A stretch of DNA of 64,000 nucleotides from Candidatus Poribacteria bacterium. Its GTDB lineage: Bacteria > Poribacteria > WGA-4E > WGA-3G. The stretch lies in assembly GCA_965214095.1 (NCBI GenBank), contig OZ243938.1:2816001-2880000 (forward strand), written 5' to 3'. The notes under the pieces are model-generated. The model saw only the letters and a program-made list of their open reading frames with translations, had not been told where the DNA came from and ran no database searches. Of this stretch, positions 48,615 through 59,338 are shown piece by piece. The translations under genes and the position numbers were made by a program. Positions within the stretch are counted from its first letter, which is position 1; every line of letters begins with the position of its first letter.

Positions 48615-49796
48615 TTGAACCAAGATATTCATACCTATTTTTTGCCACCACAAATTGAATTTGGGGAAGGTGCCATCGCAAACTTGGCTGAGCATGTTAC
48701 TACTTTCGGTGGTAAGAAACCTTTCATCGTTAGTGATACAGGAATCCAGAACGCGGGAATATTAGACCAAGCAACCGCACCGTTAGACGCAGCGAATATA
48801 CCTTATGCAAGCTATATTGACATTGAACCGAATCCCACGGATATTAGCATTACACAAGGGGTGGAGGTTTATCAGGAGGAAAAATGTGATGTTGTCATCG
48901 CAGTGGGTGGTGGCAGTGTGATGGATGCTGCAAAGGCAATTCGCCTCTTAACAACGCACACACCACCATTAGAACCCTATTATGTTGATTCGGATCGTGC
49001 GAACAAGATTCGAGGCGACATGCCACCTTTGATATGTGTGCCAACAACCGCCGGGACTGGTAGCGAAGTCTCTCAAGGTGCTATCATTACCGATACCTCG
49101 TTACAAACGACAAATAGATGGCGAAAACGTGCTATCATAACACGTTTCAATATGTCAAACCTCGCACTACTTGACCCAGTGTTAACTGTGGGAATGCCGC
49201 AGTCTTTGACAGCAGCAACAGGCATGGATGCTATCACACACGGGATTGAGGCGTATGTCGCAACGAAATATCACCCAATCTCAGAAGGCGTAGCATTGCA
49301 AGCAGTGAAGATGTTGGGAGCGAATATCCGAACAGCGTATCATCAAGGAGATGACCTGAAGGCACGGGGTGAGATGTTGTTAGCATCGTGTATGGGAGCG
49401 TTTGCGTTTCAGAAGGGACTTGGGGCAGTCCATTCCATTGCACATCAGTTGTCAACAGACGCACCGATTCCACACGGTGTTGCGAATGCCATTCTCTTAC
49501 CGCCTGTAATGGAGTTCAATTTGCCTCATGTGATTGACAAATACGCTGATATTGCTGTTGCATTGGGTGTCAATGTGGAAGGTATGTCTAAAGGTGAAGC
49601 AGCCTGTGCTGCGATTGACGAAATCCGTTCATTGAACGACGAACTCAAAATGCCTACAGGTTTAGGTGCAGCAGGATTAGACAGAGATAAACTACCAAAA
49701 CTTGCTGCCGATTCCATGCTTGACCACTGTCATAAATTCAATCCTCGGCGGTGCACAGAACAAGATATGCTGCATTTGCTTGAGGATGCCTTTTAA
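48615..49796 (+). CDS. Iron-containing alcohol dehydrogenase
   Basis: GGGSVMDAAK, PTTAGTGSE, GMDAITH, HSIAHQL and PHGVANA motifs; TTG start. Confidence 0.9.
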   Translation: MNQDIHTYFLPPQIEFGEGAIANLAEHVTTFGGKKPFIVSDTGIQNAGILDQATAPLDAANIPYASYIDIEPNPTDISITQGVEVYQEEKCDVVIAVGGGSVMDAAKAIRLLTTHTPPLEPYYVDSDRANKIRGDMPPLICVPTTAGTGSEVSQGAIITDTSLQTTNRWRKRAIITRFNMSNLALLDPVLTVGMPQSLTAATGMDAITHGIEAYVATKYHPISEGVALQAVKMLGANIRTAYHQGDDLKARGEMLLASCMGAFAFQKGLGAVHSIAHQLSTDAPIPHGVANAILLPPVMEFNLPHVIDKYADIAVALGVNVEGMSKGEAACAAIDEIRSLNDELKMPTGLGAAGLDRDKLPKLAADSMLDHCHKFNPRRCTEQDMLHLLEDAF

Positions 49797-49803
49797 GGTT
49801 ATG

Positions 49804-52017
49804 CTACGGAGACAGGTCAATAGGCACAATCCAACCCATTGTATTGGCAGGTTTATAGGTATTATCTCGCAGATAATCTGAGGTGTGCCACAAGCAAAGG
49901 CTTTTACCATCTGGCATCCAGACAATAGATGCAAGTTTCATAGATGTTCGGGCTATGGGGTATTTCTTACCTTTATCCAAGTCGTACACCCAAACCTTCC
50001 ATCGAAGTCCAGTACAATCTTCACGTTCTAAATATGCCAACAAGTTTCCATTCGGTGACCATGCGGGGGCAGTATGTTTGAGCACTTGGTGTTTTGTAGA
50101 CTTATTTGTAATCTCAACGAGATGAAGTCGTTTATCAAGAACAGGGTCTTGTCGGATACTGCCAGAAACCACATACGCGAGTCTTTTCCCATCGGATGAC
50201 CATTGCAACTGTCTGATCCGTTGATGTTGGGTTGCGATCTGTTGTAAACGTTCACCTTCTACATTTTGTATACGGATAGCCGCATAAGAAACCGTCCCGT
50301 TTCCGACTTCCTGATCTTGTGCTTCCTCAAAAGCAAGTATATCTCCATTTGATGACCAAGTAGGTGCTTGCATATAGGAATATGCATACCGAGATTGTTT
50401 GTATAGAACACGTGCTATTTCTCTGCCACCACTGCCATCACTATTGATCCGATAAATAATATCATGCCCTTTTTCTCTTCGCTTGAATGCCAATTGATTA
50501 GCGGTTGGTGACCATGCTGGGGCAGTACCTTTGATCAGTTTCTTGATATGTCCCAACTCCCAATCGGCAATATAGATATAACGTTCAACATCAACTTCAA
50601 CCTCAAGTGCTAACAAACGACTATCCAAAGACCAAGAAACATGTGGATTGTAAAACGCATCGGTATATAGTTTTTTCGCTTGTTTCCCCTCTTTATCCAT
50701 AATCCATAATTCGCTTGCTTTCCAATAACTCCCACTCAGGTCTGTTCTCTTTAGCATAGCGACGAGTTCACCATTTGGACTCCACTTTGGATATTCCGCG
50801 CCTTCAACTAAATGTAACACATGAGGTGTTCCGCAATAGTTTGTGTTAAACATAACACCATCGGTTTCCTCAAATTCGCCAAAGCCATCTCTATTTATCC
50901 AGACTGCTTCTGTGTTAGGAAGTTCAACCTGATACCAATCCCGTTCGGTTTGAACAATCGGCAAACTTGTACCATCATTGAGACGGTATAAAGGTGAATT
51001 ATCCTCTTTTTCGGCAAATACGGACGTATTATCTTGTGTAACGATACCGTGTTTACGTGAATCATCTGTAACTTGTGAACTTTCTGTTGCATTCGTAAAT
51101 GCATAGACTGAACCGTCTGTAGAGGAAATATAAAGGATACCGTCAGAAATTGCAGGTGCTGCATCAACAGGACCGGCAACCTGATGTGTCCATTCTGTTG
51201 TCTTGCTGGTCATATTGATTGCATGAATCTTCCCATCCCGCGAACCGATATAGACGTAATCGTTTGCCATGACAGGATAACTCTCACTCGCGAGCGTAAA
51301 ACTACGCCATAATTCAGCGTCGTAATTTGGTATTACAGGACGAAACTCTGCATTTGCACATCCGTATTCTACTCCGTTAATAGTGACCGTTCGTTGTCGT
51401 TCAGACTTGATTTTACCCGTGAATGCATCCAGCATATATATACGCGTAGGATATGCACCTGTGTAAACGATTCCATCAAATACAATCGGTGCTGAATCCA
51501 TCCATCCCTTCGTCTCATATTCCCATAACATATCACCTGTTTTGGCATCAAGTGCATATATTTTGTTGTCGCGTGTGTTAAAATAGACACGATTACCCCA
51601 TACCACTGCAGAAAATCGGATTGAACTACCAGCATCAAACACCCACTTTATACCCCATTCTTTGGCATTTAATGCATAGAGTTTCCCGTCTGCAGAACCG
51701 ATATAAACCGTATCGTTTGCAATGACAGATGAAGCCGTCACAGGTCCACCTGTCTTAAATTGCCATACTAAGTTGAATGGAGGTTTAAGTTTCTGATCCG
51801 AACTCTTTCCAGAGAACTGCAGGTCGTGCATGAACATGTGCCAATCTTCAGGACGCGGTAATTCAACAGGTTCAACAACTTCAGGAGCAACAGGTTTGGG
51901 GGATGACGGTTTGGATTTCTCTGAGTCCTCTTGCGAATTACAACTACATAGAAGGAGCAACGGAATGAGAAGAAATGTGAATGTTATGATGAGGCTTTGT
52001 TTTATGAGTTGGGACAT
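49804..52017 (-). CDS. Lipoprotein with a PQQ-like (BamB-type) propeller, an SH3b-like domain and a TolB-like propeller
   Basis: Lipobox LCSC; VYIGSADGKLYALNA repeats; DWYQVELP..VWI segment; P.WSP.G repeats. Confidence 0.8.
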   Translation of the reverse strand: MSQLIKQSLIITFTFLLIPLLLLCSCNSQEDSEKSKPSSPKPVAPEVVEPVELPRPEDWHMFMHDLQFSGKSSDQKLKPPFNLVWQFKTGGPVTASSVIANDTVYIGSADGKLYALNAKEWGIKWVFDAGSSIRFSAVVWGNRVYFNTRDNKIYALDAKTGDMLWEYETKGWMDSAPIVFDGIVYTGAYPTRIYMLDAFTGKIKSERQRTVTINGVEYGCANAEFRPVIPNYDAELWRSFTLASESYPVMANDYVYIGSRDGKIHAINMTSKTTEWTHQVAGPVDAAPAISDGILYISSTDGSVYAFTNATESSQVTDDSRKHGIVTQDNTSVFAEKEDNSPLYRLNDGTSLPIVQTERDWYQVELPNTEAVWINRDGFGEFEETDGVMFNTNYCGTPHVLHLVEGAEYPKWSPNGELVAMLKRTDLSGSYWKASELWIMDKEGKQAKKLYTDAFYNPHVSWSLDSRLLALEVEVDVERYIYIADWELGHIKKLIKGTAPAWSPTANQLAFKRREKGHDIIYRINSDGSGGREIARVLYKQSRYAYSYMQAPTWSSNGDILAFEEAQDQEVGNGTVSYAAIRIQNVEGERLQQIATQHQRIRQLQWSSDGKRLAYVVSGSIRQDPVLDKRLHLVEITNKSTKHQVLKHTAPAWSPNGNLLAYLEREDCTGLRWKVWVYDLDKGKKYPIARTSMKLASIVWMPDGKSLCLWHTSDYLRDNTYKPANTMGWIVPIDLSP

Positions 52018-52073
52018 AGTATAGAAAATGACTCACATACAGAATTGTTGAAGTAACGGAAATTCATGCCTCT

Positions 52074-52102
52074 AATATAACATGTAGATAGTTATATGTC
52101 AA
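52074..52102 (-). promoter_or_regulatory. Sigma70 promoter for 49804-52017
   Basis: TTGACA-17 bp-TATATT with extended TG on the minus strand. Confidence 0.6.
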
Positions 52103-52290
52103 CGTCTGATCAGGATTATTTCGTTTTAAGATTTTGTTCAATATTACACGCGTTTATTTTGTTATGGGTTTGTATTCCTATTTGTCTGAACCAGGATTTT
52201 CAGGATTATAGGATTGGCAGGATTATGAGTAATGACTACGAATCCTTAAAACTATGGCGAAGTATGAAATTATATCTACACTTTCTTTCT

Positions 52291-52422
52291 ACGGTAGGTG
52301 AGGTTTCCTGACCTCAGCGATATAGTGAATTATAATATAAGTTGACACTTTCGACCCACGGTAGGCGAGGTTTCCTAACCTCGCCGATGCAGCGTGTTCA
52401 AATAATTTCAAAATCTACTATA
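52291..52422. repeat. REP copy followed by a TATAGT...ACTATA element (52321-52422) carrying one REP
   Basis: ACGGTAGGTGAGGTTTCCTGACCTCAGC and ACGGTAGGCGAGGTTTCCTAACCTCGCCG; termini resemble those of 61-197. Confidence 0.75.
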
Positions 52423-52577
52423 TGTAGAATTCATTCAATGATTTACCATAAATAACCCTGTCAGGTTGTGAAAACATCTTGAAATTGGATGCATAATATG
52501 TCATACTATAAAAAACATTAAACGCTAAATTACAGGAATAATAAGTATAGAACCACAATTTCACTTTGGAGGTTAAA

Positions 52578-53069
52578 ATGAAGATTCATAGATTTTTGGC
52601 AATGACATGTATTGTCATTTTTGTATGTGCATTGAGCATCGGTTGTGAACAAGCGTTTGGACCATTGATGTTTTCAATTGATGACACACTCATTCCAGAC
52701 GATGTAGACAAGAACCTACCTGAAATATCACCTGTAAGTAATTTGGAACACACGAGATACCGAATGCGAGTGGCAAGAGCTGTTTCTGATGACTCTAAAC
52801 TAATAGAATTAAGAAGTTTTATCGGGGATCATGGTGCACGCGTAACAGTGAAACTATACCTAAATCCTGCTCCGTTAGCTAAAGCAGCAGATGGTATGTC
52901 CATTACGGGTTACAAAATACTCAATGATGCGATCATTCTTGATGTCGTTGTAGTGAAAATCACAAAGGTCATAAATGAGACAACCACTTTGTTAGAATAT
53001 GAGGGGTTCATCGAAAAGAATCTATCTCGTCCCGAAGTGAAGATCGTTTATCTTGATGAAGGTATGTAG
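52578..53069 (+). CDS. Hypothetical lipoprotein
   Basis: GGAGG RBS, lipobox SIGC. Confidence 0.7.
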   Translation: MKIHRFLAMTCIVIFVCALSIGCEQAFGPLMFSIDDTLIPDDVDKNLPEISPVSNLEHTRYRMRVARAVSDDSKLIELRSFIGDHGARVTVKLYLNPAPLAKAADGMSITGYKILNDAIILDVVVVKITKVINETTTLLEYEGFIEKNLSRPEVKIVYLDEGM

Positions 53070-53142
53070 AAAGGTTTGGTCAGTGGATGTAGACTGGACA
53101 GATTACGCGGATTTTTAAGTTTGATTTTTCCATAATTCTGTT

Positions 53143-53199
53143 GCGAAGATTGTCGCTCCTACAAATGTCCGAGGCACAATGAATTGCGCCTCGGACATT
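53143..53199. repeat. REP-like GTAG hairpin plus a long stem-loop between convergent genes
   Basis: Minus strand TGTAGGAGCGACAATCTTCGC; stem AATGTCCGAGGC...GCCTCGGACATT. Confidence 0.5.
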
Positions 53200-53258
53200 C
53201 ATCTTACATAGACCTCATCAATGCTACTTTATTTATTAGAATTGGTATTATTTCTGCT

Positions 53259-54662
53259 TCAACGCCAGTCTCCAGTGACTTCCTCAAATGGCGCGACTGG
53301 TTCAAATGCCTCGTCGTAATCCCCACCATTGTGGCTAATCTTACAAGAGCGGAGCCATTCGCGCAGGTCCTTGCGAGTTTGTCCCATACGTTCATGTTGT
53401 TCATTTACCAAATTGGTCGTTTCTGACCGGTCTTTAATCATGTCAAAGCACAAATCTTCGCTGCCATCGCTTGATAGGTTAGTCAAGCATTTAAAACGGT
53501 TGTCCATCATTGCAATGGTCGGTGCGTCAAACATTGAGCCTTTTCCACTGTTGAACCGATACGGAATGGGAATGGGTCTTTCTGTCATGTTTCCTTTTAT
53601 GGTTGACAGTAGACTGATGCCGTCAATCGGACGACTATCTGGCATTTCATATTTCATCACCTCAGCGATTGTCGGGAAGTAATCCAACGTGCTACACGGC
53701 ATTTCCACCACGCGTCCAGGATCTGCATGACCTTGCCAGTGCAAGAATGCGGGTACACCCACGCCACCGTCAAACAAAGATCGCTTTCGTCCGCGCAAAC
53801 CGCCTGTTGATCCTCGGCTGCGTCCATTTCGACCTGTGCGTCCCTCGGGACCGTTGTCCGAACAGAACCATATCATAGTGTTTTGCGATACACCCCATGC
53901 TGCCAATGTGTGATACAATCGTCCCACCTGATCGTCTATGGCAGTGATACAGCCGTAATAGTGCTGCTCATCTTCGCTGTAATCAGAATACATGGCGCGA
54001 TATTCCGGTCCGGCAACAACTGGGGTATGGGGTGCATGAAACCAGATTGTTGCAAAGAACGGTTCAACATTTTCAACTGCTTGTTCAATAAATGGAATCG
54101 CTCGGTCCATCAAGACTCGGGAATCACATCCTTCCAGATTTTCCGTTGCCAGTTTTCCATTTTCGTAATAAGGTGATGCCCAGGGACGGTCTAAACGTTT
54201 TCCGTTCCCCTGTATACCCACTGCAGGATCCCAGGTGGGAACTGCATACTCAGTCGCAAAAGACGTATCATAATCCCGCTCCCACGGCGGAGCGTAATTG
54301 CGTGCTGGATTACGATTGGGTTTCCCCGAATAATTCGGATCAAGTGTACCCAGATGCCATTTGCCAAAATGTCCGGTTGTATAGCCATAGGATTTTAACA
54401 TTCGTGCCAATGTTATTTCTTGTGTGGGTAAGTGCCCGCGATTAGCATGTGTTACACCATATCGAAAATAATGTCGTCCAGTTAAACACGTGCCTCGCGT
54501 TGGCGAGCACACCGGTCCTCCCGCATAAAAGCGCGTGAATCGGATCCCATTGTTAGCCAGACGGTCCAAATTCGGAGTTTTGATGACTTCATTTCCGTTA
54601 AATCCCACATCGCCATATCCGAGGTCGTCACACATCATTAATATTATATTAGGTGGTTTCAT
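53259..54662 (-). CDS. Sulfatase (Cys-type, formylglycine-dependent), no signal peptide
   Basis: DDLGYGD, CSPTR, GKWHLG, HAPH, SDNG and LRGRK motifs; GGAGG RBS before MKPPN. Confidence 0.92.
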   Translation of the reverse strand: MKPPNIILMMCDDLGYGDVGFNGNEVIKTPNLDRLANNGIRFTRFYAGGPVCSPTRGTCLTGRHYFRYGVTHANRGHLPTQEITLARMLKSYGYTTGHFGKWHLGTLDPNYSGKPNRNPARNYAPPWERDYDTSFATEYAVPTWDPAVGIQGNGKRLDRPWASPYYENGKLATENLEGCDSRVLMDRAIPFIEQAVENVEPFFATIWFHAPHTPVVAGPEYRAMYSDYSEDEQHYYGCITAIDDQVGRLYHTLAAWGVSQNTMIWFCSDNGPEGRTGRNGRSRGSTGGLRGRKRSLFDGGVGVPAFLHWQGHADPGRVVEMPCSTLDYFPTIAEVMKYEMPDSRPIDGISLLSTIKGNMTERPIPIPYRFNSGKGSMFDAPTIAMMDNRFKCLTNLSSDGSEDLCFDMIKDRSETTNLVNEQHERMGQTRKDLREWLRSCKISHNGGDYDEAFEPVAPFEEVTGDWR

Positions 54663-54939
54663 TTTGCAGCCTCCATTTCTGTCCACTGTTCAGCATTCAG
54701 GTTTTATCTATGTTCATGGTCAATTTAATGTTGATCGACAGGCAATTTGTAAAGCGTTTGCTATGATAGATAATCTACACGAAACCTGAATTAATGTCAA
54801 ACCTCTTTATGTATGAACCAGAGGCATTCGGTCTATCTTTGTATTGACATTTTTTCTTAGACCTTTTATACTCTTGCTAACTCAACAATTGTCAGTTCCC
54901 AGTATTGTAAAGAACATCTATTTATCCAGGAGACAATAT

Positions 54940-57900
54940 ATGACAAAATCACACTTCTCAATTAACGTTTCATGGCATTTTTTGATGCGAGTTTCAATTT
55001 ATTTACTAGGCATTCTGTTGGCACTTGGTATGTCAGCATCCATCGGTCATGCTCAATCCCATCTCGTCTTCGTAGTGGGTGAAGGTGAGTATCGTTCCGA
55101 AGTAACGATGCCCGCATTAGCGCAGGTATTGAAAGAACACTACGGTTTCCAGACTACAGTTCTCATAGATAGTGAACTTCATGGCGGCGAAGGAAACAGC
55201 ATCAACGGACTTGAAGTCCTTGAAACCGCTGATCTACTCGTCTTGTATCTGCGATTCCGTCAACTCCCAGATGACCAACTTGCACTGCTGCAAAAATACA
55301 TTGACCGTGGTGGTCCCATTGTAGCTTTTCGCACGACAACACATGCTTTTGATTACGATGGAGATGATCCGCGAGCGGAGAAGTGGAACAGCTTCGGTGC
55401 CCGCGAACTTGGTGCGCCGTGGATACATCACTACGGACATGAGGCAAGCACAGATGCTACAACCATTGGTGAACATCCAATACTTGCAGGTGTGCGTCCT
55501 AAATTCCATGTCCGATCTTGGACGTACCATGTGCGTCCCGATTATCCACCGAAAGATGCCAACATCTTGGTGCAAGGACGACCTGTACTTCCGGAAGGAG
55601 AACGCGGAGGGGATGAGACGGTCAATCCGATTGCCTGGACACACACCCATTCTGGTGACGGACGTGTGTTCACAACGACAATGGGACATCCAGAGGACTT
55701 CAGCGTGAGCGATTTTCGTCGGTTGATTGTCAACGGTGTCTATTGGTGTCTTGAAACCGAAGCACCGCAACGATATGCTCCCGGTTGGCGTGCTAAAACC
55801 GGAGAACGGTGGCGAGATATGGATTATGGTCCATTCATCTCCACTGCCGTTGCCGCGAATGACAATAACCTTACATATAAAGGTATTGTTATTCCGCTTA
55901 CTCCTGATCATACTGGTGGTGCAGTAGCGTTTGACACTGACCTATTACGTTATTCTGCAGGTTGGATAGATGGACTGATTGACTTTGCTGATGTTGAATT
56001 TAACGGTTGGCATCAGAGTTACCCATCTATAGAAGGAAAACTGCTATGGGAAAATAAGGTGGAACCCGGATGGGCAAAAGATGATAGTTTTGAAGATACA
56101 CGAACCATTCCCTTCGGTCCGTTACCCAGAGATTGGGCTCATTGGAAGGGATTATATCTTCATGAGGACAAGGTTATTCTGTCTTATACGGTTGGGACTC
56201 GTTCGGTGTTGGAAACGCCATCACTTGAAAGCGGAGAAAAAGCGGACGCTTTTGCCAGAACTTTCCATCTCGGTCCCTCCACATCAAGTACACTTGTCCG
56301 TATCGCAACAATGGCTGACAGTGCCACAATTCTCTTACCCAAATTGTCACGTGGTGCTGCCATCGCTCTGTGTCCACAGGGTACAGAAGCTGGTGCCCCC
56401 GGCAGTCTTCTCGCTGCGTTGGTTGACGCACCAAAAGAAGCACATTTGGAGATAGTGAATGAGGAAATCCGGGTTAGGTTCCCGGCATCTCAGGAATCCA
56501 TCTCAGCCAAAGTTCTGATCACCTCAGCAGTTCAGGATAGACTTGACATAGACGCATGGAAAGAATTTGTTGAAACTTCCGCTCCTGTAATAGACCTAAC
56601 GACATTGATCAAAGGTGGGCCGCAACGTTGGACAGAAAAATTAAATACAACAGGACAGACTGATATGCAGCGAAAACTTAGACTGGAAACGTTGAAAATA
56701 GACCCCGGAACAACGACTTTACGGCTTGAAATAGATGGATACATCCCGAAAGTACTTTCAATGGATGACCTCTCTCCTGCCCCTGGTGACGTTGCCAATG
56801 CAGATCAGTACTTCGCTGTCTTGGTCCCATCTTCCAGCACTGGCAAGTCCGCGTCTGCGTTGGAACATAAGGATGATCCGACTTTGATCGGACACTGGCG
56901 TTTTGACGAGGGTGAAGGTTCACAAACCGTAAGTACCGCTCAGGAGAAGCAAACAATCTCCCTTGATGGTGTTCACTGGGAAGATGGACCGCAGGGCAAA
57001 TGTCTTGTATTTGGTGGTGATTCGGAAGCTCGTTTTGACCAAGACTTTGCACTTGATTTTGATACTACCGACCTAAGCTTTTCTGCATGGATTAACACAA
57101 AGGATGACGGTACAATCTTCGCTGAAACACTTGATGAACCAGAGTGGGTACCGGATGGCAAGACCTTTTTTATCCGAAATGGACAATTAGCATTTGATAT
57201 CGGTTGGGTCGGTGTCATCACAAGTAATACAGGAGAGGGTAAATCAGTCGTTGATGGTGCTTGGCATCATGTTGGATTGACGTGGCGGCATGAAACTGGT
57301 GCAGTGAAGTTGTTTTTGGATGGAGAGATTGTCGCAGAAGGCACTCTCAAGCCAGAAGATGATTTGGAAGATGACATATTACGACTCGGATATACTGCCG
57401 AAAATTTCCCACAATCTCCTCGGTTAGAAGGCAAACTTGATGAACTGCATCTCTACAACCGTGTCCTTTCATCTGACGAGATGCAGACGTTTTACCAAAG
57501 TCTTCAAGAGCCGCCTCTGATTGCTGCGGCTCTGGTAGAACCGATTGAGGGTGCGAAATGGACCCTCGACTCTGACAGTGTCACCCTACATCTATCAACA
57601 GACACTACTGCATCGGTTCTTACATGGGATGGCAGTGAACAGACGCTTCCAGATTTCGCTAAGTTGGCGGCAAATGATGGACGCGATCCAAACCAACCGT
57701 TCGCTATTGATAAGATAGATTGGCCGGAACAAAATCCGTGGGATTCGTGGATACGTTTCGGTGGGTTTGACTTCTTCCAAGATGGTAATCGCGCAGCACT
57801 TTCTACTTGGAACGGGGATGTCTGGACAGTTACCGGACTCAACGATGCTTTGGACTCTCTCACTTGGCAACGTGTCGCAACTGGACTGAATCAACCGTTG

Positions 57901-59049
57901 GGACTAAAAATTGTTGATGAACAGATTTACGTTGCTGGACGGGATCAGATCACCCGTCTCGTTGATCTTAACGGAGACGGTGAAACTGACTTCTATGAGA
58001 ACTTCAACAATGATGTTTACAATAGTGAACACTTCCACGAACAGGTTATGGACTTGCAAACCGATGAAGCTGGCAACTTCTATTTCATGAAATCCGCACG
58101 GCATGGACTACCCGCTCAACATCCACACCATGGCACACTCGTTAGAGTATCATCAGATGGAAAGAAATCCGACGTGCTCGCTTACGGATTTCGTGCCTCA
58201 AATGGACTTGGGATTAGTCCTGGTCCTACATTCTACGGTACAGATCAGGAAGGTTATTGGATGCCTGCTAATCGACTGAACCGTATCACTGCCCCCGGTA
58301 AATTTTACGGAAATCTATGGGGGTGGCATCCACCCGGTGGTCCACCTGATAGTTATGAACCGCCTCTCTGCTGGGTGGCTCCTTTTGTTGACCGTTCTCC
58401 TGCAACATTAGTCTGGGTTCCCACTGATATGTGGGGTGAAATGGGTGATTCTCTACTCTCAGTCAGCTATGGTACGGGGAAAGTATACGCGGTTCTTCAG
58501 CAAGAGATAGGGGAAACTGTACAAGGTGCTCTCACCGAAATGGGTTTAGAATTTCCCACAGGTGTGATGCGTGGACGATTCCATCCAATCACTGGAAACC
58601 TTTATATTGCGGGTTTATTCGGTTGGTCGTCGGAAAAACAGAGAGACACTGGATTCTATCGAATACGCATGACAGGTGCTCCACTGCGTACCCCCAAATC
58701 GTTCCGCGCTGTCAAAGACGGGTTAATCATTGATTTCTACACTCCACTTGAAGCAGAATCCGTAGCAAATTTAGAGAATTGGCGAGTACAAAGTTGGGAG
58801 TATCGGTGGTCTAAAAACTACGGTTCACCACAGTTGAAACGTTCTGGTGAAGAAGGTAGAGATGAACATACTGTTCAATCTGCTACACTCTCTGATGATG
58901 GCAAAACTGTTTTCCTGAAGATACCATCGCTTACGTCTACGATGCAGTTTCATGTTGTTATCAAGGGTAACTTTGCTGATGGTGTGCCGTTGGATTGTTA
59001 TTTGCATGGAACGATACAGGAGCTTGAAGAGGAGCACGACACTGAGTGA
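54940..59049 (+). CDS. Secreted multidomain protein: ThuA-like + DUF6797-like + LamG + sugar-dehydrogenase-like beta-propeller
   Basis: GEGEYRSE..GRVFTTTMGHP (ThuA-like); MDYGPF..FDTDLLRY; GHWRFDEGEG..WHHVG..LDELHLYNRVLS (LamG); GLNQPLG..DLNGDGETD..GFRASNG; AGGAG RBS. Confidence 0.75.
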   Translation: MTKSHFSINVSWHFLMRVSIYLLGILLALGMSASIGHAQSHLVFVVGEGEYRSEVTMPALAQVLKEHYGFQTTVLIDSELHGGEGNSINGLEVLETADLLVLYLRFRQLPDDQLALLQKYIDRGGPIVAFRTTTHAFDYDGDDPRAEKWNSFGARELGAPWIHHYGHEASTDATTIGEHPILAGVRPKFHVRSWTYHVRPDYPPKDANILVQGRPVLPEGERGGDETVNPIAWTHTHSGDGRVFTTTMGHPEDFSVSDFRRLIVNGVYWCLETEAPQRYAPGWRAKTGERWRDMDYGPFISTAVAANDNNLTYKGIVIPLTPDHTGGAVAFDTDLLRYSAGWIDGLIDFADVEFNGWHQSYPSIEGKLLWENKVEPGWAKDDSFEDTRTIPFGPLPRDWAHWKGLYLHEDKVILSYTVGTRSVLETPSLESGEKADAFARTFHLGPSTSSTLVRIATMADSATILLPKLSRGAAIALCPQGTEAGAPGSLLAALVDAPKEAHLEIVNEEIRVRFPASQESISAKVLITSAVQDRLDIDAWKEFVETSAPVIDLTTLIKGGPQRWTEKLNTTGQTDMQRKLRLETLKIDPGTTTLRLEIDGYIPKVLSMDDLSPAPGDVANADQYFAVLVPSSSTGKSASALEHKDDPTLIGHWRFDEGEGSQTVSTAQEKQTISLDGVHWEDGPQGKCLVFGGDSEARFDQDFALDFDTTDLSFSAWINTKDDGTIFAETLDEPEWVPDGKTFFIRNGQLAFDIGWVGVITSNTGEGKSVVDGAWHHVGLTWRHETGAVKLFLDGEIVAEGTLKPEDDLEDDILRLGYTAENFPQSPRLEGKLDELHLYNRVLSSDEMQTFYQSLQEPPLIAAALVEPIEGAKWTLDSDSVTLHLSTDTTASVLTWDGSEQTLPDFAKLAANDGRDPNQPFAIDKIDWPEQNPWDSWIRFGGFDFFQDGNRAALSTWNGDVWTVTGLNDALDSLTWQRVATGLNQPLGLKIVDEQIYVAGRDQITRLVDLNGDGETDFYENFNNDVYNSEHFHEQVMDLQTDEAGNFYFMKSARHGLPAQHPHHGTLVRVSSDGKKSDVLAYGFRASNGLGISPGPTFYGTDQEGYWMPANRLNRITAPGKFYGNLWGWHPPGGPPDSYEPPLCWVAPFVDRSPATLVWVPTDMWGEMGDSLLSVSYGTGKVYAVLQQEIGETVQGALTEMGLEFPTGVMRGRFHPITGNLYIAGLFGWSSEKQRDTGFYRIRMTGAPLRTPKSFRAVKDGLIIDFYTPLEAESVANLENWRVQSWEYRWSKNYGSPQLKRSGEEGRDEHTVQSATLSDDGKTVFLKIPSLTSTMQFHVVIKGNFADGVPLDCYLHGTIQELEEEHDTE

Positions 59050-59104
59050 ACTCAGTGCGAACGATTTTCAGTACGGTTAGAAAACCAAATCATTTACGTA
59101 AATT

Positions 59105-59230
59105 TATAGTGAATTATACATGCTCACTGCAGGAGTAAGTTCCGAATCGCTATTAAGTCCAATGTTAGTAAGGAATCGGAGTTTCCTTCTACAATCCAAC
59201 AATGTAGAATAAATTGTAAAACCTACTATG
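59105..59230. repeat. Degenerate TATAGT-bounded element with a different internal REP-like pair
   Basis: Left end TATAGTGAATTATA is identical to 52321; right end ..CTACTATG; internal TGCAGGAGTAAGTTCCGA...TCGGAGTTTCCTTCTACA imperfect inverted repeat. Confidence 0.55.
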
Positions 59231-59338
59231 GTACTCAATCGTCTGTATAAGAAACGTATTGACAGATCCACTTATATGTTTTACATTTTAACAGACAATC
59301 AGACTGAAACATGATGAAGATTGAAGGAGGTAAGATGC

